DNA of 64,000 bases from a virus (lineage: Duplodnaviria; Caudoviricetes), in IMG/VR virus record IMGVR_UViG_2731957577_000001, positions 64,001 to 128,000 of that record. One strand, 5' to 3'. Shown piece after piece: positions 9,882 through 19,723 of the stretch; the stretch's first letter is position 1; every line of letters begins with the position of its first letter. A program made the position numbers and the translations under genes. Below the pieces are notes generated by a model. It saw only the letters and a list, made by a program, of their open reading frames with translations. It had not been told where the DNA came from and did no database searches.

Positions 9882-10075
9882 AAGCACAGGAAGAGCGAGA
9901 GGAAGCCATTCAGGAAACCATCAATCGATTCATCGAGGAAGTATGTAACCAAATGCGTCAGGCCCTTGATTTCGATTTACATTCAAACGATGAAGTTCGC
10001 AACTACTTTGGTGAAACTCCATCTCCTACGTACCAAGTGCTTCTCCACTATGGGGGTGAAGATGTATGGAACTGA
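9857..10075 (+). CDS. Hypothetical protein, MEL[IL]xxY family (TTG start)
   Basis: TTG GAA CTC ATT GCT GAA TAC ATG = MELIAEYM; GGGAGG RBS. Confidence 0.7.
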   Translation: MELIAEYMKAQEEREEAIQETINRFIEEVCNQMRQALDFDLHSNDEVRNYFGETPSPTYQVLLHYGGEDVWN

Positions 10076-10290
10076 TTTCTGCCTACCTTGAGAACCGTGA
10101 CAAGGCACGACTCGATGAGTTGACCGAAGCCTTCAACACGTTTCTAGACAGCTACAAGAAATTCATGGAGGACGCTGGAATCATTCCGTATTACGGGTTT
10201 CCCAATGACCAACCCACTTGGGTCACACCGATATGGCAAGAACCTCGAAGACCTGACTGGGAGGGCGCTGTACATTATGCAGCCTCTTGA
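10066..10290 (+). CDS. Hypothetical protein, MEL[IL]xxY family
   Basis: Starts MELISAYL; overlaps upstream stop. Confidence 0.7.
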   Translation: MELISAYLENRDKARLDELTEAFNTFLDSYKKFMEDAGIIPYYGFPNDQPTWVTPIWQEPRRPDWEGAVHYAAS

Positions 10291-11020
10291 GCTGACCGTA
10301 AACGATCTGTACGAATTCAAGGCTTGTCCCCTGCGGTTTAAGTTCATGCGTTTGGACAAGCAGCCCGTCAAGATGACGGAGAATGATGGCCTGCGGGAAG
10401 CCGTGAAATCCACCATTAGCTACTTCTATTTCAACTTGGCACAAGGCAAGTTGGTGGGCATGGAAGATCTGAAGCAGAAGTTTGGTTCCATCTGGTATGA
10501 GCGCAACAAGATCTACAACATCATGTATGACGACAAAGTCAAGCAGCGAAAGCGGGAGCTAGAAGCCATCTCGATGTTGGCCTCATTTCATCGCCAACAA
10601 AAGTTCCACCCCGACAAAGTGGTGGCCGTAAATCTGGACTTTCGGATCCCATTTGGAGATGACCTCTATATCTCCGGTCAAATCCCCTTGATCCGGGAAA
10701 GTCCACGGGGTCTTGAGATCGCGCACTTCAAGGTCGGCAACCACAAGCCGGATGAGTTTTGGACCAAGACCGACATGGGGCTAACCATCGAAGCCATTGC
10801 CTTTGAGTCGATCTTTAAACAGCAGGTGCCAAGCATCTGTCTACACTATCTCAAGGCCGGCACAACGGTCTATACCAAGCGGACACGAAAAGACTACCAG
10901 CGTCTCTACAAGACGATCCGCATGATCAAAAAGACGATGGAGGAAGGCTGGTATTATCCTCGAGAGTCCTATCACTGTGACAAATGTCCAGCCAAACAAC
11001 CCTGTATGGAGTGGACTTGA
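10277..11020 (+). CDS. PD-(D/E)XK / Cas4-AddB-like nuclease fold, catalytic motif apparently degenerate
   Basis: 'FKACP..F', C-terminal 'HCDKCPAKQPC'; 'GQIPLI' and 'IAHFK' stand where GxID and IxDxK are expected. Confidence 0.7.
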   Translation: MQPLELTVNDLYEFKACPLRFKFMRLDKQPVKMTENDGLREAVKSTISYFYFNLAQGKLVGMEDLKQKFGSIWYERNKIYNIMYDDKVKQRKRELEAISMLASFHRQQKFHPDKVVAVNLDFRIPFGDDLYISGQIPLIRESPRGLEIAHFKVGNHKPDEFWTKTDMGLTIEAIAFESIFKQQVPSICLHYLKAGTTVYTKRTRKDYQRLYKTIRMIKKTMEEGWYYPRESYHCDKCPAKQPCMEWT

Positions 11021-11403
11021 TGGAACTCATTCAAGCCTACCTAAGCCGCTGTCCGGAGCCAAAGAGCAAGCCGATCCAACATCACGCACCCTGGGCTCGT
11101 GATGTCACATCGTTGTCTCGTCGCGCGAATGCACTCGAAGACCTCTTCCTCGAGCACGGTGTGGCACTGGCTCAATATCGGGCCCTGGAATTCGCAACCC
11201 GTATAGAACGCGAGCACCTAAATGACATCCATAATGTTGAGCGAGAATGGGAACAGGCTCTGCAGGAACTTCTTGAGGAAGAACACCGAAAACGACAAAG
11301 ACAAAAGAGACGATGGCACACAGTACCGTTGATATGGACATGTCTGTGTCTTCTGTTGATAGGACTGGACCTGATCATAGCGATCCTACACCGCACTCAT
11401 TGA
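11020..11403 (+). CDS. Hypothetical protein with C-terminal TM helix, MEL[IL]xxY family
   Basis: Starts MELIQAYL (TGATG overlap); hydrophobic C-terminus. Confidence 0.7.
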   Translation: MELIQAYLSRCPEPKSKPIQHHAPWARDVTSLSRRANALEDLFLEHGVALAQYRALEFATRIEREHLNDIHNVEREWEQALQELLEEEHRKRQRQKRRWHTVPLIWTCLCLLLIGLDLIIAILHRTH

Positions 11404-11419
11404 AAGGAGGTGAGAGGAT

Positions 11420-11614
11420 ATGAAATCCTTCAATGAACTCCAAGTCATCGTGGCCAATGAGATTAAGCAACACGGCGCCGTGACACCCCAGACTGCCGTA
11501 ACCCTCATCGGCCATATTCAAGCCTTGGAAGACAAGGTTCGCAAACTCGAACAAAAGCTCCAAGCCACCAAGCCAAGGGACGAAGGTACCAAAGAGAGCA
11601 GTGGGGAAGAATGA
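11420..11614 (+). CDS. Hypothetical protein
   Basis: AAAGGAGG RBS; 64 aa. Confidence 0.55.
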   Translation: MKSFNELQVIVANEIKQHGAVTPQTAVTLIGHIQALEDKVRKLEQKLQATKPRDEGTKESSGEE

Positions 11615-11656
11615 GCCAACATGGGACACAGGGGTGAAAAACCAAGGAGGATTCAT

Positions 11657-12565
11657 ATGCAAGAACGGTTTTTCACCACGGATGCACACGACTTGCAAAT
11701 GGTCAGGGCCGAACAGATCGGCGTGGACTATGTAGACTGGGGTCTACAGGTGATCATGGCACCCGAGGTCTGGAACAAAAGCATAGGCCAAGGCGTCAAA
11801 GTCGGCATCCTCGACACAGGCGTCGATTTCACGCACCCTGATCTCCGGGATAACATCGCCGCCTACATGGACTTCACGGGGTCTCCGGCCGGCCCACGAG
11901 ATGTAGAAGGACATGGCACGCATGTCGCCGGCATCATCGCCGCTGAATCGAACAATGTGGGCCTTGTCGGCGTCGCACCAGGAGCCAAGCTATATTGTGC
12001 CAAGGTCCTGGGCGATAACGGCAGTGGCGGGTTTGACGCCATCATCCGCGGCATTGATTGGTTGATTCAACAGGGCGTGGATGTCATCAATATGTCCCTG
12101 GGATGTTCCGTCGAGCCTCCGCAGGAAGTCCATCAAGCGATCCAACGCGCCGCGGCCGCCGGGATTGTCATCTGCGCAGCCTGTGGCAACGAGAATACCG
12201 ACGTCGGCTGGCCGGCCAAGTACGATGAAACGATTGCGGTATCCGCAATGGGTATGGACTACAACCGGGCGGAGTTTAGCAATCACGGCGTGAAAAACGA
12301 GATCATTGCGCCGGGTGTTGACATCCTATCTACATTCAAGGGAAGCACCTACGCACGTCTGTCCGGCACCAGTATGGCGACTCCAATTGTCACAGGTTCT
12401 GTCGCCTTGTACATCTCGATGATCAAGGCGCAGACCGGCAAACGTCCACCGGCGGAACAGATACATGCGGCGATTGACGCCTCCGCCGTTCACCTTGGCA
12501 AGGAAGGAAGAAACGAGGATTTCGGCGTAGGACTGATAAATCTCGTGAAACTCTTAGGAATTTGA
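11657..12565 (+). CDS. Subtilisin-like S8 serine protease without signal peptide
   Basis: Catalytic triad motifs 'ILDTG', 'HGTHVAG', 'GTSMATP'. Confidence 0.92.
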   Translation: MQERFFTTDAHDLQMVRAEQIGVDYVDWGLQVIMAPEVWNKSIGQGVKVGILDTGVDFTHPDLRDNIAAYMDFTGSPAGPRDVEGHGTHVAGIIAAESNNVGLVGVAPGAKLYCAKVLGDNGSGGFDAIIRGIDWLIQQGVDVINMSLGCSVEPPQEVHQAIQRAAAAGIVICAACGNENTDVGWPAKYDETIAVSAMGMDYNRAEFSNHGVKNEIIAPGVDILSTFKGSTYARLSGTSMATPIVTGSVALYISMIKAQTGKRPPAEQIHAAIDASAVHLGKEGRNEDFGVGLINLVKLLGI

Positions 12566-12566
12566 A

Positions 12567-12593
12567 TAGGGGGCTATGTTCCCCCTGTTTTTT
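12567..12593 (+). terminator. Rho-independent terminator
   Basis: AGGGGG..CCCCCT stem followed by GTTTTTT. Confidence 0.65.
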
Positions 12594-12621
12594 CGCTTCA
12601 GCCTATGCTATCATGTGTCTG

Positions 12622-12653
12622 TGCAATGCATTACACTGTTGCAACGCATTACA
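12622..12653. promoter_or_regulatory. Tandem palindromic operators
   Basis: TGCAATGCATTACA (12622-12635) and TGCAACGCATTACA (12640-12653), just downstream of extended -10 TGCTATCAT. Confidence 0.7.
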
Positions 12654-12673
12654 TCAAATCGAAGGAGAGGAAA

Positions 12674-12829
12674 ATGATGGGCCACAAAGTCCAGATCATC
12701 GAAGATCTTGGCAAGGGCGTCCTCCGAGAGCAATTGGCCAAGAAGGGAGAGAAGTCGGATGCTCATCGGGAGCAAACGCAAGAAGAACTTCGTCCTGGAG
12801 AGTCAAACGCACGAGCTGAAGACGAATGA
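12674..12829 (+). CDS. Small hypothetical protein
   Basis: AAGGAGAGG RBS directly after the operators. Confidence 0.45.
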   Translation: MMGHKVQIIEDLGKGVLREQLAKKGEKSDAHREQTQEELRPGESNARAEDE

Positions 12830-13217
12830 TCAGGTGCTGATTGTCCAGCAGAAGTCCGATGGCGGAATCACCAACTATGACTTGATTCTCGAGCCGGACA
12901 AGTTTGATCAGCTTGGATCTGAGGTGCGCCTGTCTTTCGAGGAATACTGCGAAACCATCAACGATCTGGTCACGGAGGAAGAAGACGACTGGGATTCGCT
13001 CCGGATGAAAGACCAAATCAACATGACACGGGATGCGATCCTCGAGCGGACGATTCTCAAATACGCCAAGGAAAAGTACGGCCTCGATCCGGAGCAATTT
13101 AACGGACACGACATGAATTACATCAAGCGATATGGGTCGGACGGGAGTTTCCTCGGCGAAGCCGTCATCGTCACCTTGACGATGATCCCGACGATGAATG
13201 CGGCCGTGAAAGGGTGA
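12759..13217 (+). CDS. Hypothetical acidic protein
   Basis: GGGAG RBS before MLIGSKRK. Confidence 0.6.
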   Translation: MLIGSKRKKNFVLESQTHELKTNDQVLIVQQKSDGGITNYDLILEPDKFDQLGSEVRLSFEEYCETINDLVTEEEDDWDSLRMKDQINMTRDAILERTILKYAKEKYGLDPEQFNGHDMNYIKRYGSDGSFLGEAVIVTLTMIPTMNAAVKG

Positions 13218-13777
13218 GACACATGTTGGTCCCCCTGGAGCTGCCGATGATGATGTATGGCAAGTACAAAACCAGCTGGTATGTCAACGACCCGTCCGGT
13301 GCCACGGATCCAAGGACCGGGAAGCCGAAGAAAGTGAAGAAGACAAAGATCGTAGAGCACTTAGAGGAACGCGGCGATCCCGGGTTTTATCCAAGTGTCA
13401 ACCACATCTATCAGAACATCCGTGGCGGCGGCAAAAAACTGACAAAAGCTGCAGAGCAACTACTAGCAAAGTGGCGCAGTCTGGCGAAAGCATGGGCGGA
13501 GGAAGTCGGTTGGGAATGCACGCACGGTGAAAAGGTCATCGTCGAAGTTACGGCCTTCTTCCCAGACAACCAAAAGAGAGACACGTCCAACGTATACAAG
13601 CTGATGATGGATGCTTTGGAGGGTGTCATCTACGATGACGACTACTACGCCCTTCCGCGAACGATGGACTTTCAAGTCTTGCCCAAGGATAGCGCAAAGC
13701 GACCGTATTTTCGGCTCCACATCTACAAGAAAACCGACGAAGATCTGCATGGGCGTCAGGTTGCAGGAGGTTTTTGA
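13214..13777 (+). CDS. rusA: RusA-family Holliday junction resolvase
   Basis: 'PSVNHIY', 'RDTSNVYKLMMDALEGVIYDDD'. Confidence 0.85.
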   Translation: MRHMLVPLELPMMMYGKYKTSWYVNDPSGATDPRTGKPKKVKKTKIVEHLEERGDPGFYPSVNHIYQNIRGGGKKLTKAAEQLLAKWRSLAKAWAEEVGWECTHGEKVIVEVTAFFPDNQKRDTSNVYKLMMDALEGVIYDDDYYALPRTMDFQVLPKDSAKRPYFRLHIYKKTDEDLHGRQVAGGF

Positions 13778-14532
13778 TGTCGGACGAGTTGGTCCTGCGC
13801 TATCAGCAAACTGGAGACTGCGCCGGCCTCATCGAGGCATACCGGCCATACATCGAGAAGTTTCAGCGCATGTTTCTCACTGGAGACATTGACTTTGGAA
13901 ACTACGACATCCGACGGTTCCTCGCCTGTTACATATCGGACAAAGAGACGGTACGAAGTCTATGCCGTGGAAAATACCACAGCAAGCAGGCCATTCAGGA
14001 AGCCTATCGGGTGCTCGAGAAAATACGCCGGGTCTTTGACGGCTATGAGTCTGACGAACTCTTTCATGAGTTGTTGATCCCGTTTCTCACATGCGCAAGG
14101 TGTTACGAGCCTTCCGGCAAGACGTTCAGTCAATATCTGTACAGCTGCTTTCGATACCGACTCAAGCGGCTCATCGATGAACGACTGTTGGATACCAATG
14201 GGGAAATGGCCTATTGGGACATGCACGAGCCCGCCAGTGAAGCCTTAGAGGACGAGTTGGACCTCGACCGCCCTGAGTACATGGATCCCAGCGAGCCCGT
14301 GGATTTGCACAGTCTACTCTGGCTCAACGGCACCCTCTGCGGAGACACGTTCCGGGATCTCACGTACACCGAGCGATACATCCTCGTCAAGGCCTATGAA
14401 GATGGTCTGGATGAACGAGCCATCGCACAACTGACAGGGTTACACCATCGCTCTGTATACCGAATCCGCAAACGATTGATTGAGCATTTCCGCAACCTGC
14501 GGGATAAAGGAGAATTGAAATGGATCAGGTAG
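13777..14532 (+). CDS. Sigma-70-family sigma factor-like protein
   Basis: 'ELVLRYQQTGD...LIEAYRPYI', 'YEPSGKTFSQYL', region 4 'LTYTERYIL...Y..G.....IA...G.....V.RI'. Confidence 0.75.
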   Translation: MSDELVLRYQQTGDCAGLIEAYRPYIEKFQRMFLTGDIDFGNYDIRRFLACYISDKETVRSLCRGKYHSKQAIQEAYRVLEKIRRVFDGYESDELFHELLIPFLTCARCYEPSGKTFSQYLYSCFRYRLKRLIDERLLDTNGEMAYWDMHEPASEALEDELDLDRPEYMDPSEPVDLHSLLWLNGTLCGDTFRDLTYTERYILVKAYEDGLDERAIAQLTGLHHRSVYRIRKRLIEHFRNLRDKGELKWIR

Positions 14533-14780
14533 CCATCATCAACCCCGATGCGAAGGTCGCTGGAATGGCTTGCAAGACGAAACAAGACGAACACACGTTA
14601 ATTCCACTGGACTGCTACGGCCGTGACATCGAATTCCTCGAGGACCGAATTGTCATCAAAAATCTCATCGTCCCGCACGCATGGTTTGAAGCCGTCCAGT
14701 TTTTCGACGAGAAGCACTGGAACGATATTGTCGAAGCGATTCGTCGGAAAGAAGCCCTCGATCTCTCGTATGCTCAATAA
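14520..14780 (+). CDS. Hypothetical protein
   Basis: AAAGGAG RBS. Confidence 0.55.
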   Translation: MDQVAIINPDAKVAGMACKTKQDEHTLIPLDCYGRDIEFLEDRIVIKNLIVPHAWFEAVQFFDEKHWNDIVEAIRRKEALDLSYAQ

Positions 14781-14785
14781 TTCTC

Positions 14786-14833
14786 TTGATTTCACACCTT
14801 CTTACGTTTATAATGATTGTGTAATGTATTACA
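14786..14833 (+). promoter_or_regulatory. SigA promoter with operator at the start site
   Basis: TTGATT-17bp-TATAAT (14786-14814), then TGTAATGTATTACA (14820-14833). Confidence 0.75.
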
Positions 14834-14849
14834 CGAAGGTTGTGAAGAC

Positions 14850-15707
14850 ATGCCTGTGCTGCAACCGATGATCGATCGGTTCCTTCAACAGAAGCAACAG
14901 CAAAACGACCGCCCGATGCGGAACAAGTTGCATCCATCGACGATCGGCATGTGTCAACGCAAGATCGTCTTTGAGATGATGGTTGTGCCTCGGGCGCTGG
15001 ATCCGCCGCGATTGGCTCGGGTGTTCGACAATGGACACAAGGTTCATGAACGATATGAGCAACTGTTCATGGACATGGGCATCGGAGTGGCACGAGAAGT
15101 TAAACTGGAGAAGGGAGACATCTCAGGTCACACCGATGCCTTGATCAAGCTGTATAGCTTTGCGGCGCCACAGGGCGAATACTGGCTTGTGGAACTCAAA
15201 AGCGCCTCCTCGAAATCCTTTGAGTGGATGGTCAAGAACAACCAACCCAAGAAGGAACACAAAGCGCAACTGACGTTCTACATGCACCTAAGCGGGATCC
15301 ATAAAGGCGTCATCCTGGTGGAGAACAAAGACAACCAGGAGATCTGGGAGTACGAGATGGAGTACGATCCAGTCTTCGGCCAACAGCTTGAACAAAAGGC
15401 ACTGTGGCTGATTGATTTAGCCAAGCACCGCATCCTACCGCCGATCCCAAGGGGTTTTTCGCCGTCTCATTACAAATGCGCCTACTGTCCATTTGCGATG
15501 TATTGCCACTATGGATCCCGAACCGAAGATGGGCAAGAGCGTTACCCGATTCCGTTCATGCCGGGGACGGAAGCGTATCGGGATATACTCAAGATCATCG
15601 AAGCGATGGAGCAAGGCAAGTCGATTCCCAACGTCATTGAAGGGGATACCATCGGGGAATTGATCCAAGAAATGACAAGAAAAAGCCAGACGTATGTCGA
15701 CGCTTAA
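14850..15707 (+). CDS. Cas4-like PD-(D/E)XK exonuclease
   Basis: 'HPS.IG.CQR', 'G...H', 'GHTD', 'VELKS', 'QL.FYM', 'C.YCPF..YC'; no CRISPR context. Confidence 0.8.
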   Translation: MPVLQPMIDRFLQQKQQQNDRPMRNKLHPSTIGMCQRKIVFEMMVVPRALDPPRLARVFDNGHKVHERYEQLFMDMGIGVAREVKLEKGDISGHTDALIKLYSFAAPQGEYWLVELKSASSKSFEWMVKNNQPKKEHKAQLTFYMHLSGIHKGVILVENKDNQEIWEYEMEYDPVFGQQLEQKALWLIDLAKHRILPPIPRGFSPSHYKCAYCPFAMYCHYGSRTEDGQERYPIPFMPGTEAYRDILKIIEAMEQGKSIPNVIEGDTIGELIQEMTRKSQTYVDA

Positions 15708-15730
15708 ATCCGATGGTAAGAGAGGTTGGG

Positions 15731-16051
15731 ATGAGCATGGTATTCGTCGATGTCGGTTTCAGCAACTTTATGGACGCGAGCAAGATCATTACGATCAGCC
15801 GGCCGGATTCGAGCCCGATCCGCCGGTTAGTCGGCCACGCCAAGGACAACAATCGGTACATCGACCTGACGCAAGGGAAGAAGACCCGTTCGATCATCGT
15901 GAGTGCCGGCGAACAAGGTCTGGTTGTCACCGCTTCTGCGGTCCAGACTTCCACGATTATCGGGCGGATTCGCAAGGCGTTCGAAGACTTGTTTGTCTCC
16001 CGCTTGGATCCCGCTGGCTTGGCGGTGATTGGAGAAGGTGGGTCCGAGTAA
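15731..16051 (+). CDS. remA: RemA (DUF370) extracellular-matrix regulator homologue
   Basis: 'VGFSN...SKII.I..PDSSPIRRL...AK.....IDLTQGKKTRSII......SAVQ..TI..R' follows the B. subtilis RemA pattern. Confidence 0.85.
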   Translation: MSMVFVDVGFSNFMDASKIITISRPDSSPIRRLVGHAKDNNRYIDLTQGKKTRSIIVSAGEQGLVVTASAVQTSTIIGRIRKAFEDLFVSRLDPAGLAVIGEGGSE

Positions 16052-16076
16052 TCCCCAACAAAGGAGCGATGGACGC

Positions 16077-19000
16077 ATGTGCAACCTGGTTCACCTGCAC
16101 GTTCACTCCGAGTTTAGTGAGTTGGACGGGCTCTCCAAGGTGCAAGACCTGGTGGCGCGTGCGAAAGAGATCGGGAGTACCGCCCTGGCCCTAACAGATC
16201 ATGGCGTCATGGGTGGTATTCCCGATTTTATCACCGCATGCGAACAAGCAGGAATCAAACCCATCCCGGGCGTCGAAGCGTATATGACGCGCAACCGGCT
16301 GCTCAAGGGCGAGTTTCTCAAGGAACGCCGGCTGGAGTTGTGCGAGAAATACAAGATCAAGGAGAAGGTCCTCAAGACCTTTATCCGCACCATCGAAAAG
16401 CAGCCGGCCAGCTTCATGGATGAAGCGACGGAACTACTCAAGGACTATCTCATGGCTCCGCCATCGGGCGACCTCTTTCATCTGACGTCGGGCGAGCTAT
16501 CCAAAGACGACGTTCTGAAAGAATTCCATCGGGAGGTCTATGACTATCTCTCGTATGACAACTATCACATCGTCCTGCTGGCGATGAACAATCAAGGGTT
16601 GGAGGATTTGTATGCCATCATCAGCGACGCTCATCTTCATGGATTCTATAGCGATCCTCGCACTGATCTTGCTTTTATTCGCGATCATGGGCTCGGGAAG
16701 AATCTCATTGCGACTTCGGCGTGCCTCGGCTCTTGGTTCGCTCGGCTGTGCCTTGCTGGGCTTATTGATGACGCTGTTGCTTTTATAGAAGAGTGCAAGG
16801 AGACGTTTCATGCGTTTTACCTGGAGAAACAAGCGACCCATCTGCCAGAGCAGATTCAGCTCAACCAGATCATCGACGATTTAGCGGCGCGGACAAACAC
16901 ACCGAAGATCATCACAACCGATGCGCATTATGCCCGCCAAGAGGACATCGACACGCATGACATCCTCATCTCGGTCAACTTCGGCAAGTGCGTCTTGGAT
17001 CCAGATCGCCTCCGTTACGCACCGGAATTCTGGATGAAATCCGAAGAGGAAGTGCGCAGCATTTGCGACGATGAGGAAGCCATTCTCAATACGAAGCGCA
17101 TTGCCGAGATGGTCAATGTCGCGCTTCCGAAGGAGCCGCTATTTCCAAAGTTCATTGTCGAAGAGGGAGACAGCCCGGAAGAGATTTTACGCAAGACAGC
17201 CTGGGATGCGCTGTTCCACTACGTCATCAAGAAGCCAGTGGACCTCGAGCGCTACTGTCAGCAGCTGGCCTATGAACTTGATGTCATTACAAGTCTTGGC
17301 TTTGCCGACTACTTTCTTGTGGTTTCGGACTACATACGCTGGGCGAAACAAAATGGGTATGAAGTCGGGCCTGGACGCGGGTCGGCCGCGGGTTCTCTGG
17401 TCGCATTCATGCTCGACATTACGACACTTGACCCCATCAAAAACAACCTGATGTTCGAGCGGTTCTTGAACCCCGAAAGAGCGGGGTATCCGGACATAGA
17501 TGCAGATTTCAGCTATGAGGCCGCCAAAGCGGTTCAACAGTATCTTAAAGACAAGTATGGCCAGGATCGGGTTGCACAGATTGGCACCTACGGCACCTTC
17601 GCCGCGCGGAAGGTCTGTCGTGCAGTGGGGAAGGCCCTTGGGTATAGCGATCAGGATCAGGACAAGTTTGCCAAGGCCATTCCGGCCAGACCCAACATCA
17701 CCCTCGAGGAAGCCTACAACGAAGAGCCGTTGGTCCAGGCCTACGCTCGCCAGCATCCTGACTGGTGGAACGCCATGAAGAAACTCGAAGGACACATCAG
17801 TCATCATGGTGTGCATGCTGGAGGCGTCGTCCTTTCTCCAGTCCCGTTAACGAAAGTGGTACCGCTTCGTCTGGATAGCGAAGGCCTTGCGACCACGCAA
17901 TACGATATGGAGTGGATTGAGAAGTTCCTGGTCAAGTTCGACATCTTGAAACTCGATACGCTGGATCTCATCAAGTACACCATGCAATACGCGGGCATCT
18001 ATGGGAAAGTCGATCTGAATGAAATTGATCTCAATGACCCGAAGGTGTACGAGGAGATCTACAACAAGCTGAATTTGGCCGGCATCTTTCAGTGCGAGTC
18101 GAAACTTTACCATGACATCATCTCCGCGATGAAGCCGAACTGCTTTGAGGATATCTCGGTCATCGTGGCGCTCGGCCGCCCAGGACCATTGGACCTCATC
18201 CCGGACTACATCGATCGGAAGTGGGGCCGAAAGAAAGTCGAGTACCCATTGCCTGAACTGGAGCCGATTCTCAAAGACACCTATGGAGTCTGGGTGTATC
18301 AAGAACAAATGATGCAGGCCAGCGTCATTCTCGGCGGACTCACACGCGGTCAGTCCGACATGATCCGAAAGGGTGTCGCCAAGAAAAAGCATGACCTCAT
18401 GCACAAGTGGATCGACCTGATGATCTACGGGTCTGAGCGGTACAAAGAGATGCGCCGCGAACACAATGCCATCGTCAATGCGATGAAAGCACGCGGGGAA
18501 GAGGTCCCGAAAGAGATGATGGACAAATACGATCCAGACCTGGATAAGGTTCCGTATGTGGAAGGTGCCATCAACCGGGGTTTTGATGAAGCCACCTTGC
18601 TCAAGATCAAAGAGGACTGGATCAAGTTCGGTAACTACTGCTTCAACCGCGCACACTCGGCTGCATACGCCAAGTTGTCGGTTCAAACGGCATGGCTCAA
18701 GACGTACTATCCTGTCGAGTTCATGGCGGCACTCCTGACCATTGCTGGTGACAAGAAGGCCAAGGATGGCACGCCAAAGACGGTCCTGTATATGCAGGAA
18801 TGCGAGAAGATGGGCATCAAGATTCTGCCGCCGGATATCAATGAATCCAACGCATCTTGGACACCCGTTGTCCATCCGGAAACGTACCAGAATCACCTCA
18901 AGGTCCACGTGGATCTGGGAACGAAGCCGGAAGAAGTGCAACTCAAGCCCGATGCCATTCGCTTTGGTCTGGGCGCCATTGCAGGGATCTCCAAAGAATC

Positions 19001-19547
19001 GGTCGATGAGATCATCAAATATCGTCCGTATACCTCGGTCGATGATGTCGTCGAACGGGTCAGCAGCCGCAAGATCAACAAGAGCAAGATTGTGGCTTTG
19101 ATCAAATCGGGCGCCTTTGACTCGATCAACCCAAACCGAAATCTCTTATGGCGCAATTACATCAAGAGTCGCGGGGAGGACTACGAGGCGATTCCAGCCC
19201 GCACCACCAAGAAAGACATCATGAGCTATGAGCGGGAGTATCTTGGCACCCTCATTACCGTACAGACCCGCTGGGACACGATTCCCAACGGGAAGGAAGA
19301 CGTACAGATCACGGGCTATGTCCTGAAGGTTGAGCCCTTTACGGCCAAGAAAACCGGTAAAGAACATTGCCGAGTCCTCGTGGAGACGCAAGAGGACGAG
19401 CGAAATGTCCTCGTATTCGGGACCAAATGGCAGCAACATAAAGGCCGCTTGGCACCCGGGCTGAAGGTCATTATCAAAGGCAAGAAGTCTGGCGAGGACC
19501 TTTTGGCAGATTCCATTCACTATGTCATGGCTGGGGTGAGCGCATGA
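16077..19547 (+). CDS. dnaE: DNA polymerase III alpha subunit
   Basis: PHP 'HLHVHSEFS.LDG', 'TDHG'; 'GPGRGSAAGS', 'FERFLNPER..YPDIDADF', 'KFDIL', 'FNRAHSAAY'. Confidence 0.95.
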   Translation: MCNLVHLHVHSEFSELDGLSKVQDLVARAKEIGSTALALTDHGVMGGIPDFITACEQAGIKPIPGVEAYMTRNRLLKGEFLKERRLELCEKYKIKEKVLKTFIRTIEKQPASFMDEATELLKDYLMAPPSGDLFHLTSGELSKDDVLKEFHREVYDYLSYDNYHIVLLAMNNQGLEDLYAIISDAHLHGFYSDPRTDLAFIRDHGLGKNLIATSACLGSWFARLCLAGLIDDAVAFIEECKETFHAFYLEKQATHLPEQIQLNQIIDDLAARTNTPKIITTDAHYARQEDIDTHDILISVNFGKCVLDPDRLRYAPEFWMKSEEEVRSICDDEEAILNTKRIAEMVNVALPKEPLFPKFIVEEGDSPEEILRKTAWDALFHYVIKKPVDLERYCQQLAYELDVITSLGFADYFLVVSDYIRWAKQNGYEVGPGRGSAAGSLVAFMLDITTLDPIKNNLMFERFLNPERAGYPDIDADFSYEAAKAVQQYLKDKYGQDRVAQIGTYGTFAARKVCRAVGKALGYSDQDQDKFAKAIPARPNITLEEAYNEEPLVQAYARQHPDWWNAMKKLEGHISHHGVHAGGVVLSPVPLTKVVPLRLDSEGLATTQYDMEWIEKFLVKFDILKLDTLDLIKYTMQYAGIYGKVDLNEIDLNDPKVYEEIYNKLNLAGIFQCESKLYHDIISAMKPNCFEDISVIVALGRPGPLDLIPDYIDRKWGRKKVEYPLPELEPILKDTYGVWVYQEQMMQASVILGGLTRGQSDMIRKGVAKKKHDLMHKWIDLMIYGSERYKEMRREHNAIVNAMKARGEEVPKEMMDKYDPDLDKVPYVEGAINRGFDEATLLKIKEDWIKFGNYCFNRAHSAAYAKLSVQTAWLKTYYPVEFMAALLTIAGDKKAKDGTPKTVLYMQECEKMGIKILPPDINESNASWTPVVHPETYQNHLKVHVDLGTKPEEVQLKPDAIRFGLGAIAGISKESVDEIIKYRPYTSVDDVVERVSSRKINKSKIVALIKSGAFDSINPNRNLLWRNYIKSRGEDYEAIPARTTKKDIMSYEREYLGTLITVQTRWDTIPNGKEDVQITGYVLKVEPFTAKKTGKEHCRVLVETQEDERNVLVFGTKWQQHKGRLAPGLKVIIKGKKSGEDLLADSIHYVMAGVSA

Positions 19548-19723
19548 TTCGACGATTCAAGTGCTGGCTCTTTGGACACGACTGGCGCTTCTCTCATTAT
19601 GGGAATCTGTATCATCGTTTCGAGCGGTGCGCGAGATGTGATACCATCCGCGATTTAGGGTGGGATGACGACTATGCAAGGTCTGTGGAGATGTGGGTAT
19701 GGAACTCATCGAGGCTTATCTGA
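19544..19723 (+). CDS. Small Zn-binding prophage protein (DUF1660-like), 59 aa
   Basis: Own translation: MIRRFKCWLFGHDW...CARC; ATGA overlap with dnaE; below ORF-track cutoff. Confidence 0.6.
   Translation: MIRRFKCWLFGHDWRFSHYGNLYHRFERCARCDTIRDLGWDDDYARSVEMWVWNSSRLI

Noticed and set aside
14850-15707. CRISPR-Cas system suggested by Cas4-like genes
   Set aside because: No repeat-spacer array or other cas genes seen; solo Cas4-like nucleases are common in phages
6196-19547. Inteins or introns in nrdJ or dnaE
   Set aside because: Both frames are continuous with no C...HN-C/S/T intein termini or LAGLIDADG motifs
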